Assembly: GCA_046079965.1 (NCBI GenBank)
Contig: JBJTTC010000066.1
Location: 7,524 to 71,523, forward strand
Source of the DNA: Sediminibacterium sp.
Lineage (GTDB): Bacteria; Bacteroidota; Bacteroidia; Chitinophagales; Chitinophagaceae
Direction: 5' to 3'
DNA: 64,000 nucleotides
Shown here: positions 19,882-29,800 of the stretch, piece by piece
Position numbering within the stretch: position 1 is the first letter of the stretch
How the letters are laid out: each line of letters starts with the position of its first letter
Made by a program: the position numbers and the translations under genes
The notes under the pieces: model-generated
Seen by the model: only the letters and a program-made list of their open reading frames with translations
Database searches by the model: none
Told to the model about the DNA's origin: nothing

Positions 19882-20864
19882 GTATGCTTGTTATTAAAAA
19901 AGGAACCTTGGATACCATTCAGGACAATGGAAGAACCGGTTGGCAGCACCTTGGCATTCCTGTGGGAGGTTACATGGATCCCATTTCAGCAAAATTGGCC
20001 AACTTGTTGGTAGGAAATTCTCCTCAGGAAGCTGTATTGGAAATTTTTCTTCCAGGACCGATACTTCAATTTACATCCAACGCACTCATTGCCATTACCG
20101 GAGCAGGTTCTGTGGTTTCCTCCGACGGCATAGAGATAGAGTTTAACCGACCAACCGTAGTGGGAGCCGGGACTAACTTAACCTGGCAGCCAACTTCTAT
20201 TGGAAGGATTTCCTATTTAGCCATTCGTGGTGGATGGCAACTGACACCCTGGTTGGGAAGTTATAGTACTTGCTGGTGTGTTGCTGAAAGTGGATGGCAG
20301 GGAAGGGCTTTACAAAAAAATGATGCAATTCCTTTTCGTGAATCATTGAAGCTGCCTTTTGTTCCAGCGAGAGCGTCGATTCGCCCCTTGCCCTGGAAAC
20401 ACGAGGTTCCACCGGATACCAATGAACCCATTCGATTGATGCCAGATAGCCAGTTGTCGTTGCTTTCACAAGAATCCATGCTGCACTTAACCTCTACTCC
20501 CTTTTTGTTGCATCCCAACAGCAATCGGATGTCTTATTCATTGACGGGTCGTTTACTGACCGGACAACACAAGGAAATGATTTCTTCAGCAGTAATGTTG
20601 GGCAGTCTTCAATGGTTGCCGGAAGGACAATTACAGATTTTTATGGCCGATCATCCAACTACAGGCGGATATCCGCGCATCGCCCAGGTGGCTGCAGCAG
20701 ACAGAGGAAGATTGGCCCAGTGGTCTTTACAAAAACCCATTTTTTTTGATTGGATAACACGGGAAAAGGCAGAAAAATCTTTGCTGGAACAACATGCTTA
20801 TCTTACCCGATTGGAAAAAGCATTGCACTTGCGAATGGTGTCGTATCTTACCGGTAGTTCATGA
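19866..20864 (+). CDS. pxpC: 5-oxoprolinase subunit PxpC (allophanate hydrolase subunit 2 / KipA family)
   Basis: GTLDTIQDNGRTGWQHLGIPVGGYMD near the N-terminus and DHPTTGGYPRIAQV near the C-terminus. It overlaps pxpB by 16 nt; ATG 19878 or 19884 are alternative starts. Confidence 0.88.
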   Translation: MACIMSMLVIKKGTLDTIQDNGRTGWQHLGIPVGGYMDPISAKLANLLVGNSPQEAVLEIFLPGPILQFTSNALIAITGAGSVVSSDGIEIEFNRPTVVGAGTNLTWQPTSIGRISYLAIRGGWQLTPWLGSYSTCWCVAESGWQGRALQKNDAIPFRESLKLPFVPARASIRPLPWKHEVPPDTNEPIRLMPDSQLSLLSQESMLHLTSTPFLLHPNSNRMSYSLTGRLLTGQHKEMISSAVMLGSLQWLPEGQLQIFMADHPTTGGYPRIAQVAAADRGRLAQWSLQKPIFFDWITREKAEKSLLEQHAYLTRLEKALHLRMVSYLTGSS

Positions 20865-20874
20865 TAGCACTACC

Positions 20875-21615
20875 ATGTTATACATCGATATTAATTGTGA
20901 TCTTGGCGAAAGTTTCCCCGATGATCAATTACTGATGCCCTACATCAGCAGTGCCAACATAGCCTGTGGTGGTCATGCGGGGGATACTGATATCATGCGT
21001 TCTACCATTGAATCATCTATGCACCACGGTCTGCGCATAGGGGCACACCCCGGATACAATGACCGAATCAACTTTGGCAGAAAAGAACAAGCATTGGGAG
21101 CTGATGAGTTGTATGATTTAATAACAACACAGGTACAAAGGATTAAAAAGATAACGGAGGAATCAGGTGGATTGCTGGAACATGTTAAACCACATGGTGC
21201 CCTTTATAACTTATCTGCCCGATCTCCGGAAGTGGCTGCAACCATTGCCCAAGCAATAAGAGATGTAGATTCGGGTTTGTGTCTATATGGACTAAGCGGA
21301 TCTTTTTCAATTACCGCTGCGCGGGAAGCCGGACTGGAAACGTGGCAGGAAGTATTTGCGGATAGAAGATATGACGACAATGGACAACTTCTAAGCCGCC
21401 TTCATCCCGAAGCGATGATAGGTAAAACAGAGGTGGCTTGCGGTCAAGTATTGCAAATGGTCAGAGATAATTCAGTGACCACAGTTTCGGGGAAGATTTT
21501 GCCTGTTGCAGCTGAAACCATTTGTATTCATGGCGATGCAGCCGGTGCAGCAGCGCTGGCGGCTCAATTGTTTCATTTTCTCGCAGCACATGCAATCGGA
21601 CTACAAAAAAAATAA
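20875..21615 (+). CDS. pxpA: 5-oxoprolinase subunit PxpA (LamB/YcsF family)
   Basis: ORF track 20794..21615. I start it at ATG 20875 (MLYIDINCDLGESF). NIACGGHAGD, IGAHPGY, VKPHGALYN and ICIHGD are LamB/YcsF hallmarks. Confidence 0.9.
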   Translation: MLYIDINCDLGESFPDDQLLMPYISSANIACGGHAGDTDIMRSTIESSMHHGLRIGAHPGYNDRINFGRKEQALGADELYDLITTQVQRIKKITEESGGLLEHVKPHGALYNLSARSPEVAATIAQAIRDVDSGLCLYGLSGSFSITAAREAGLETWQEVFADRRYDDNGQLLSRLHPEAMIGKTEVACGQVLQMVRDNSVTTVSGKILPVAAETICIHGDAAGAAALAAQLFHFLAAHAIGLQKK

Positions 21616-22804
21616 ATACAGTTGGTTCAGCGGAGCCGGATTGGGAGCAGCGTTCTTAATGGCGAACTCCTCTATTGGTCCGGGTTTTCTTACACAGACT
21701 ACTGTATTTACCTACCAGCTATTAAGCAGTTTCGGGTTTGTAATTTTGGTTTCACTTTTGCTCGATATAGGAGCTCAGCTGAATACCTGGCGAATCATTA
21801 CCATGAGTGAAATGAGGGCACAGGATTTATCCAACCACTTGTTACCGGGTTGGGGTTATTGTATTTCCTTTTTGGTTGTAGCAGGTGGATTTGCATTCAA
21901 CATAGCCAATATTGCCGGTTGTGGCTTGGGTATGAATGTTTTAACAGGTATGGATTTTACAACCGGTGCAATAGTAAGTTGTGTGGCAGCTTTGCTTTTG
22001 TTTTGGTACAGGGAAATCGGACCAATGCTGGATCGGTTTACCCGCATTGCAGGTATGGCTAAAATACTGTTGACATTGATCATTGCATGGGCAGCTCACC
22101 CCCCCTTGATGCAGGCAGTACATCACAGTTTTATTCCTTCAACCATCAGCACACAGGCCATAGTGACGATAGTTGGAGGTACTGTGGGAGGCTATATTAC
22201 TTTTTCGGGAGCGCACCGATTGATGGATGCCGGCATCAAGGGAAGGGATCAATTGCATAAAACCGATAAAAGCGCAATGGCAGGAATATTTATTTCAGGT
22301 CTGATGCGCTTTGTTCTTTTTTTAGCGGTTCTTGGAGCTGTGCAGCAGGGTTGTGTACCGGATAAAAATAATCCGGCAGCTACTGTTTTTGGATTCGTGG
22401 CAGGTAATTGGGGATTGCGGATTTTTGGCATTGTGTTGTGGGCTGCAGCACTTTCCTCAGTCATCGGCGCTGCCTATACATCTGTTTCTTTCATGAAAAC
22501 ATTTCATCCTTTTATAGCCAGGCACGAAAGAAGTTTTATTTCAGCCTTCATCATTTTCTCTACTGTTTTTTTCGTTGCCGTTGGAAAACCAACTCAGTTG
22601 CTTTTACTCGCAGGGATGATCAATGGTCTTATCTTACCCATTGCTTTAGGAACCCTGCTCATTGCCGGTAACAAGCCTTCTCTGATGAAGGGCTACCATC
22701 ACCCAATCTGGATGCAGTTGGCAGGGTGGCTGGTTGTTGGTGTTATGGGTTGGATGGGAATGGGTGCTGTTAGAGAGTGGTTAAATGGCACGCTCTTCCA
22801 CTGA
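21590..22804 (+). CDS. NRAMP-family divalent metal cation transporter
   Basis: ORF track 21506..22804. I start it at ATG 21590 (MQSDYKKNKYSWFSGAGLGAAFLMANSSIGPGFLTQTT). It has about 11 TM segments. The position after pxpA matches the ycsG-like NRAMP gene known in pxp/kip operons. Confidence 0.8.
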   Translation: MQSDYKKNKYSWFSGAGLGAAFLMANSSIGPGFLTQTTVFTYQLLSSFGFVILVSLLLDIGAQLNTWRIITMSEMRAQDLSNHLLPGWGYCISFLVVAGGFAFNIANIAGCGLGMNVLTGMDFTTGAIVSCVAALLLFWYREIGPMLDRFTRIAGMAKILLTLIIAWAAHPPLMQAVHHSFIPSTISTQAIVTIVGGTVGGYITFSGAHRLMDAGIKGRDQLHKTDKSAMAGIFISGLMRFVLFLAVLGAVQQGCVPDKNNPAATVFGFVAGNWGLRIFGIVLWAAALSSVIGAAYTSVSFMKTFHPFIARHERSFISAFIIFSTVFFVAVGKPTQLLLLAGMINGLILPIALGTLLIAGNKPSLMKGYHHPIWMQLAGWLVVGVMGWMGMGAVREWLNGTLFH

Positions 22805-23881
22805 ACTTTTGAGTGCAGCATAAGATAATTCGGTATTCACCCGATCAACCGGAATTTTCTTAATATAAGCCGCTGCATTGGGACGAAAATTTTCTAAACT
22901 CCCGAGGTAATACTTATCGTAATACTTCAGAAGGATACGAAAACAATTTTGCGTATCATCTTCTAACATAGCTTGAACTGCCGTCTTTGTTTCGAGGCCG
23001 CCCAATCTTTTTCGAATGCGTAATATGGTAGCAATAATCTGCTCTTTGGAGTGACTGCCATAATCTTTTAAAATTTGTTGCAATCTTTCTTCAAAAGGAA
23101 TGTCTAAAAAATAGAGCGGACTGTTGCGCATTTGTTGAAACAATGCGCCGGGAATGTTTACATTGCCTATGCGCTGGCTTTCATCCTCCAGCCAAATCAT
23201 GGCAGGGGGGTCGGGAACTTGCAACAATGTTGTTAGTTTTGCTGCCAGAAGATTTTCAAACATTTCCTGTGTAGGTTGGGCAGGCAAACCCAGGTTGCCA
23301 AAAGCAGATCCGCGGTGAGAAGCCAATCCCTCCAGATCAATGGCACAATCATTATTATTGATCAGGTATTGTATGAGCAATGTTTTTCCGCTGCCGGTAC
23401 AACCTCCGATCATATGAAAGGGAAATGGTTGCGAGAACACTTGTAACACGCTGTTTCTGTAAGCTTTGTATCCTCCGCTGAGGGTATGTACTTCGAAGCC
23501 ATACAGATCGAGTAACCAGGCTATGCCGGCACTGCGCATACCCCCTCTCCAGCAATGAACCAATACAACAGAACGATTCCCGGCTCTTTCCGATTTGCTT
23601 TTATTCTTTTTTGCATGCTCATGCACAATTCGTTCGGCTTCTTCCACCATTGATACCATTTTAGGACCAAAAAACTGAAGGCCTAATTTAATGGCAATCT
23701 CTCTGCTCTGTTGTTTGTAGGCGGTACCCACTATTTTTCTTTCCTCGTCTGAAAAAAGGGGAAATGAAATTGCACCCGGAATATGTCCTTTTTCATATTC
23801 GGCTGGACTTCGTACATCTAAAACCGGATGCAACAGTGCTAATTCCATGAATGGTTCAATATGCTGCCGTTGAATTGCCAT
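22781..23881 (-). CDS. mnmH: tRNA 2-selenouridine(34) synthase (MnmH/SelU)
   Basis: N-terminal rhodanese domain (VLDVRSPAEYEKGHIPGAISFPL, active-site VHCWRGGMRSAG) followed by the P-loop GGCTGSGKT. 366 aa. It overlaps the convergent NRAMP gene by 24 nt. Confidence 0.85.
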   Translation of the reverse strand: MAIQRQHIEPFMELALLHPVLDVRSPAEYEKGHIPGAISFPLFSDEERKIVGTAYKQQSREIAIKLGLQFFGPKMVSMVEEAERIVHEHAKKNKSKSERAGNRSVVLVHCWRGGMRSAGIAWLLDLYGFEVHTLSGGYKAYRNSVLQVFSQPFPFHMIGGCTGSGKTLLIQYLINNNDCAIDLEGLASHRGSAFGNLGLPAQPTQEMFENLLAAKLTTLLQVPDPPAMIWLEDESQRIGNVNIPGALFQQMRNSPLYFLDIPFEERLQQILKDYGSHSKEQIIATILRIRKRLGGLETKTAVQAMLEDDTQNCFRILLKYYDKYYLGSLENFRPNAAAYIKKIPVDRVNTELSYAALKSSVEERAI

Positions 23882-23920
23882 GTTTACAAATGTAAGCGGA
23901 GATTTTTGTAACTTAACTCC

Positions 23921-24424
23921 GTGAAAAGATTATTGGTTATTCGTCATGCAAAAACGCATCCGGCGAAACAGGGACAAAAAGATTTCGATCGGATGTTGAA
24001 CGAAAGAGGTGAGCAGGATGCCCCCAAAATGGCCCAACGCCTCATCGATCGCGACATAGTGATTGATGGTTTTTATAGCAGTCCTGCCCAAAGGGCATTT
24101 GCAACTGCTACTTTTTTTGCTGCTGCCTATCAACTTAAGCCATCATCGGTTCAGGTCATTCCCTCTCTCTATCTTGCCGATCCCAGAGCAATTTTTCAAA
24201 GAATTCGTCAGTTTTCAGATAGGGAAAAAACAGTTGCCATTTTTGCCCACAATCCCGGACTCACCGACTTTGTCAACCAGTTGACTGACGTAAAGATTGA
24301 TCAACTTCCAACCTGTGGTATTTTCGCCGTTGCTGCTGATATTCGACATTGGACTGATTTTGAGGATTCCACCCGCTATTTTTTCTTTTTTGATCATCCC
24401 AAAGAAGGGGGCGTCTTGTTGTAA
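23921..24424 (+). CDS. Histidine phosphatase family protein (SixA-like)
   Basis: GTG start. LLVIRHAKT (RHG-type motif), AIFAHNPG; 167 aa. Confidence 0.8.
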   Translation: MKRLLVIRHAKTHPAKQGQKDFDRMLNERGEQDAPKMAQRLIDRDIVIDGFYSSPAQRAFATATFFAAAYQLKPSSVQVIPSLYLADPRAIFQRIRQFSDREKTVAIFAHNPGLTDFVNQLTDVKIDQLPTCGIFAVAADIRHWTDFEDSTRYFFFFDHPKEGGVLL

Positions 24425-25293
24425 TTAGACAGAAAAACCCCTCCAATAATGAGCAGGGCTGCCAGTATCCTTTGCAGGGTCAGTTCTTCCCCAAAGAAGA
24501 GACAAGCAATGAGCGTAGCAAAAATGGGTTGGGTATAAATATAACTCCCGATGGCAGCAGCTCCCAACTTTGAAATACCATAAATGTTGAATAAGTAAGC
24601 GAGAAAAGTTGCCCCGATGGTTACAAATAAAAGTGCTGCCAAAGCACCTGCAGGCCAATGGTTGAATTGAAGCGTTGTTAACTCCGGTAATCCAAGTGGA
24701 AGAATTACTATGGCCCCCAATAAAAACAACCAGCGTAAAATATCGGTTCCCTTGTATTTGGTCATCAGTGGTTTGATCAGTACCAGGTAGAATGAGTAGG
24801 AAATGGCATTCAGCAATACCATGATATCACCTGTCAGGCTATCAGGCGAGTGATTGCCGCTGCCTTTAAGCAAAATCAACATCCCTGCGCCGGATAATCC
24901 GAGCAGTAATCCCAGTGCTTTTATCCAGGTGAATTTTTCCCGCAACAACCAGGCTGCGATACCAGTGATGAAAATGGGTGTTGCCAACGACAGCAACGAG
25001 CTGTGAATTGGTGAAGTCAAAGAAACTCCTTTGATAAAGAACAATTGATTGATTACGATTCCTGTCAGCGAGCAAATAGCCAATCTGGGCCAATCTTTTT
25101 TTGCAGGCCAGGTACTTCCTCCTACCAACCAAAAGCTGCAGAAGAAAAACACGAGAGCAACAATCACACGAGCGGCGTTTAGGGCGAATGCCGGCATATA
25201 GGAAGGTGTGACTACCTTAACGATTGAATAACTGGCACCAAAAATAATGTTAGCACCGATAACTGCCAGGTGGGCTTGCAGGTTTTTTTTCAT
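24394..25293 (-). CDS. DMT-superfamily (EamA-like) transporter
   Basis: 299 aa with 10 predicted TM helices and two EamA-type repeats. The start overlaps the stop of the upstream glycosyltransferase (ATGA-type, 4 nt). Confidence 0.85.
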   Translation of the reverse strand: MKKNLQAHLAVIGANIIFGASYSIVKVVTPSYMPAFALNAARVIVALVFFFCSFWLVGGSTWPAKKDWPRLAICSLTGIVINQLFFIKGVSLTSPIHSSLLSLATPIFITGIAAWLLREKFTWIKALGLLLGLSGAGMLILLKGSGNHSPDSLTGDIMVLLNAISYSFYLVLIKPLMTKYKGTDILRWLFLLGAIVILPLGLPELTTLQFNHWPAGALAALLFVTIGATFLAYLFNIYGISKLGAAAIGSYIYTQPIFATLIACLFFGEELTLQRILAALLIIGGVFLSNYNKTPPSLG

Positions 25294-26399
25294 TGCGGCA
25301 AAACTACATCAGGCGATAATAACTTCTTCATCAAAGGCAGCCAGGGATACTCAACCGAATATGCAGCTTGTGGTAAGGAAAGGCCGAATTGACTTGCAGC
25401 AGAAACAACATCACTTCCTTTAAATTCATTTTGATCAATGCTGTATGCCCATTTTAGTTTGCTGAGTCTTTTAGCAAGGTATATTTGTTCTGTTTGACCG
25501 GGGGTTGGAATGAGGATGGCTTTTTTCTGCAACGACAATAATTCCATGATGGTTGAATAACCGCTTCGACAGATGATCCATTCAGCTTGCTGCATAACTT
25601 CTTGTAATTCCTTACTTGATAGATGATTTAGAAAAGTGAAGGGTTGTTCGATCTTCGGTAAAGCTTTTTCACCCGGCAACCCCCGGATCAGGAGAATTTT
25701 TTCCTTCACTCCATTTAACTCCTGGAGTATTTTATTCTCCAGGATTGATCTTTGGGGTTCCGGTCCGGAGAGCAATACAACGATATGATAATTGGTGGGG
25801 ATTTGAGATGGGTGAAATCGGCTGAGCCAACCTATGTAACGAACCGGTACTCCGGGCATTTTTTGAGGATGAGATAAAATTCCTGCGGCTGAAGGAAAAC
25901 CTTCGGTATCCGGGACCCAAATTTCATTAAAGTGATTCAACATTCGGTAATGTAGTTGTTGCACAACACGTTGAAGAATACGGACAGGTGTGATGATGGT
26001 GAGTTGATGGGTAAGAATGATGCAGGGAATGGAAGGATGATAGAGGCCATATCGGTTATCTGATATCACCATATTGATATCCAACTTCTTCACTTGTTCT
26101 TGCAACCACTTCTTTTCATTTCGGATAGCACGCAGGATCCCGGGGAGCTGAGCAGCCAATTTGAAGGGGAGTTGCCAGGCATGTCGGCTATAGGTAACAT
26201 CATAACCCCGTAGAGGAAGCAGGGTAAGTTGGGGAAATTCGTTGGAGAGCAGGATGGCTTGTTTGCCCTCACCTGCCAACAGAACTTCATAACCGGCCTG
26301 CACCAGAGACCTGATGATGGGGATACAGCGGGTAGCGTGCCCCAGTCCCCAATCGAGGGGGGCGACCAATATTTTTATATTTTGTCTAACGTTGTTCAA
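25290..26399 (-). CDS. Glycosyltransferase (GT-B fold, MurG/UDP-glycosyltransferase-like)
   Basis: N-terminal ILVAPLDWGLGHATRCIPIIRSL and C-terminal ICRSGYSTIMELLSLQKKAILIPTPGQTEQ are typical GT28/GT1-like motifs. Confidence 0.8.
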   Translation of the reverse strand: MNNVRQNIKILVAPLDWGLGHATRCIPIIRSLVQAGYEVLLAGEGKQAILLSNEFPQLTLLPLRGYDVTYSRHAWQLPFKLAAQLPGILRAIRNEKKWLQEQVKKLDINMVISDNRYGLYHPSIPCIILTHQLTIITPVRILQRVVQQLHYRMLNHFNEIWVPDTEGFPSAAGILSHPQKMPGVPVRYIGWLSRFHPSQIPTNYHIVVLLSGPEPQRSILENKILQELNGVKEKILLIRGLPGEKALPKIEQPFTFLNHLSSKELQEVMQQAEWIICRSGYSTIMELLSLQKKAILIPTPGQTEQIYLAKRLSKLKWAYSIDQNEFKGSDVVSAASQFGLSLPQAAYSVEYPWLPLMKKLLSPDVVLPQ

Positions 26400-26449
26400 A
26401 AGGGTAAGATGAGATTTTCATATTGATTGCACTAATTTAGCGGAATTGT

Positions 26450-26572
26450 ATGAGGACCCGAATCAACCAATTCATCGTTTTTTTGTTAGTTTTATCTTTG
26501 ATGACTTCTTCCTGTAGCATACAGAGAAGAAACCATGGTACTAAATTTTGTGGTTGTCCGAAAATAAAATGA
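26450..26572 (+). CDS. Possible 40-aa lipoprotein (below the ORF-track size cutoff)
   Basis: My own translation is MRTRINQFIVFLLVLSLMTSSCSIQRRNHGTKFCGCPKIK*: a basic N-terminus, a hydrophobic core and a lipobox-like LMTSSC. It ends 10 nt before the next ORF. Confidence 0.3.
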   Translation: MRTRINQFIVFLLVLSLMTSSCSIQRRNHGTKFCGCPKIK

Positions 26573-26582
26573 AGGGAGGCAT

Positions 26583-26831
26583 ATGGATTTTTCACGTCGC
26601 GATTTAGTTGTTGTATCTCGTCCCGGCATCAATAATAAAGAGGATTATGAGCGGGAAGTCAGATTATTGCACCGATTATTGCAACATGCAGAGCGCTGGG
26701 AATCCTTCTGTGCCGTGCATGAAATCATCGATATCAATCGATACAAAATCATCCGAAAGCCCTGGCAGATACAGCAGATTTTGCAAGAAAAGCCCATGAA
26801 ACCTTTTGTGTTCCTGCTCAATAAGAATTAA
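26583..26831 (+). CDS. Hypothetical 82-aa protein
   Basis: ORF only. It is preceded by AAGGGAGG (26572-26579), one of very few SD-like sequences in this window. I recognise no family. Confidence 0.45.
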   Translation: MDFSRRDLVVVSRPGINNKEDYEREVRLLHRLLQHAERWESFCAVHEIIDINRYKIIRKPWQIQQILQEKPMKPFVFLLNKN

Positions 26832-26846
26832 TCAGGCCTTCCTCAT

Positions 26847-29800
26847 TTACTTCAGCGGGGCATAGTCCCTGAACCATTTTACCGGAATGCTTTCAACAAG
26901 GCTTCGATAATTTTTCCATGGACCTTCAAAGAAGAGGTTGGCTTTTTGTAACACTTTATTCACGGCATCGGAGGCATCCTGCATGAGTCTCTTTTCTTGT
27001 GTACCGGGGATGGATTTTTTTCCAAGTACAGCCATGCGTACTTCGCCGAGAAGAGAATTCACGGTTGTCTGAGGCACATTGCCATAGCCCTGTTTTTCCT
27101 GGGGTTTTCCATTCAAGGTTTCTCTGATGGTTTTGAGGCTGTCTTGCATAGATTTGGTAACTTTTTTAAGTGTATCTGTTTTACCTGCTTCCATGTCTTT
27201 GTAGCCTGCTTCAACCTTCTTGATTATTTCATCAGCCTCATTCATTCTATCAATCAGATCTACCAATTTCAGTGAGAGCTGATCCATTTCTTTGTTTGCC
27301 TCCCGAATGGCAAGGCGTACGGCGGGGTCTAATGGCGCGTTGGGATCGTCTTGAACTGTAATCATACAACTATCGCTGATGCCCTTACCCAGTGAAATCA
27401 CTATTTTATAAGTTCCGGGGTCAACAGGCAAGCCCCCGGGCTCGTCGTTATTTCCTCTTCCACCCATTCTTCCACCGCCTCCTCCTCTTCCGCCCATGCC
27501 CGGCTGGCGAGTACCCTTGCCCTCCATACCCCAATAAAATTTGTTGAATCCGCTGTCTGCTTTAGCTTTCAGTGTTCTGACTTGTTGTTGGGAGGCATCA
27601 AAAATTTTAATTTGGGCGGTATCCGGGAGTTTGTTTTTGCCCGTGTCTCTTCCCACTTTATTCACGAAGAAACTAATGGGGGCCCCTATTTTTTTATTCT
27701 CACCCTCATAAGTACCCCAGGTACTATATTCAATACCGGAGGCATTTTTGATGTTTGCCTGATAAGCAGTTGGAGGTTGGAAAGCTGTTAAAGGACTGGT
27801 AGGCAACTGACCTTTGGCTGCTGCCAGTTTTCTGAGGGGCCGGATATCATCTAAAATCCAGATTGCCCGACCAAAAGTAGCAATCACCAAATCGGCTTCT
27901 CTTTCCTGGATATCGAGGTCATAAGTAGAAACAGAAGGATAACCATTTTTAAATTGCTGAAACTGGTTGCCATTGTCCATACTCACCCAAAGACCCTGTT
28001 CAGTACCTACAAAAATCAGGTTGGGTTCAACAGGATCTTGTATCATGCAAAGGACATATCCTGTGAGCTTTTTTTCGTCTGCCATTCTGGTCCATGTTTT
28101 TCCGAAATCAACGGTACGGAACAGCAGTACGGCATGGTTTCCTCTTCTGTAATCGTTGGCAACTACAAAGGCTTCGCCAGCCATGTGCTTAGATGCCCTG
28201 ATTTGCGGAATCCAGGCTCCAGCCGGGAGTCCGGGTAACTTATTTCTGAAGTTGGTCCAAGTTTTGCCACCATCTGTTGTAAGTTGAACATTGCCATCAT
28301 CTGTACCAATCCATATAACATCTTTTTGAATAGGTGAAGGAGCAATGGTTAGAATGGTACAATAATTTTCTGCACCGGTGATATCTACAGAGAGGCCTCC
28401 ATTGTTGCTTTGATCAATTTTGATGCTGTCGTTGGTGGTTAGATCGGGTGAGATAACCTGCCAGGAGGTACCGCGATCAGTACTTTTGTTGAGAAACTGA
28501 CTACCATAATAAATGGTTGCTTTGTCGAAGGGGTCTTGCGCAAATGCTGCATTCCAGTTGAAACGATGGCGTGTGCTGAGATTGGGTCTGGGTGGACGTA
28601 TGCTCCAGTCTTCGCCCGTTGCAATGTTGTATCTGCTAAGTGCGCCTCCCTGGCTCATAGAATAAACCCAATCCGGATTGGCGGGATCTGAAGCAACATC
28701 AAATCCGTCACCTCCACCTACACCCTGCCAATAAGCGTTCCTGATGCCACTTCTAATCCATACATAGGCCGGACCATGCCAACTGCCATTGTCTTGCAAT
28801 CCACCCATTACATTGTAAGGAATTTTATTATCGGTATTGATGTGGTAAAATTGACCGAGTGGCAATTTCTCATCAAACTGCCAGGTTTTGCCGCGGTCGC
28901 GGGAAATACCGATGCCACCGTCATTTCCGTCAATGATAAGAGAGGGCTGGGTAGGATGGATCCACCAGGCATGGTGATCGGGATGAATACCACTGTAAGG
29001 TATGATGGTTTTAAAAGTTTTCCCACCATCCTCGCTCATTCCTATCATTTGATTGATGTTGTAAAGACGGTTTTCATTTTGGGGGTCAACGGCAATGTCT
29101 TGAAAATAAAATGCCCGATTGGTTACCACAGACGGGTCACTGTTCACAAGCTCCCACTTGCTACCTCCATCATCTGAACGATAGAGTCCGTTTTTGGTAG
29201 CTTCCACCAGCGCATAGATTCTGTTGGGTTCGTTTCTCGCTATGGCAATTCCGATTCTGCCTAATTCTCCGGCGGGGAGACCTTCTTCCTTACCCAATTT
29301 TTTAAAATTTTTTCCTCCGTCATAAGTAACATACAATCCGCTTCCACTTCCACCGCCCTTCAGGCTCCAGGGGGTTCTGAAATGTTGGTACATGTTGACA
29401 ATAAGTTTTTGTGGATGGGTAGGATCCATGACCATATCACCCACACCACTTGAATCGTTGGTATGCAGCAGCAATTGCCATGATTCACCACCATCGATCG
29501 TTTTATAGAGTCCGCGTTCCGGGTGGGCTGCAAATGGATTCCCCATGACACCTACATAGACCACTTCCGGTTGTTGTGGGTCAATTAGTATGCGGTGGAT
29601 ATTTTTGGTTTTCTGAAGACCCATGCAAGTCCATGTTTTACCCCCATCTATGCTTTTATAGATTCCCTCACCCAAGCTCACTGAATTGCGTGGATTCCCT
29701 TCACCTGTTCCTGCCCAAATGATATTGGGATTGCTTTGGTTGATGGCTATTGCTCCAATGTTCTGGATAGGCTGATCATCAAATACCGGAGTCCAGCTCC

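Noticed and set aside
22781-22804. 3'-end overlaps of convergent genes (NRAMP/selU by 24 nt; SixA-like/EamA at 24394-24424 by 31 nt) as a possible antisense regulatory feature
   Set aside because: Short convergent overlaps are common in compact genomes, and there are no additional structures or motifs. I treat them as incidental.
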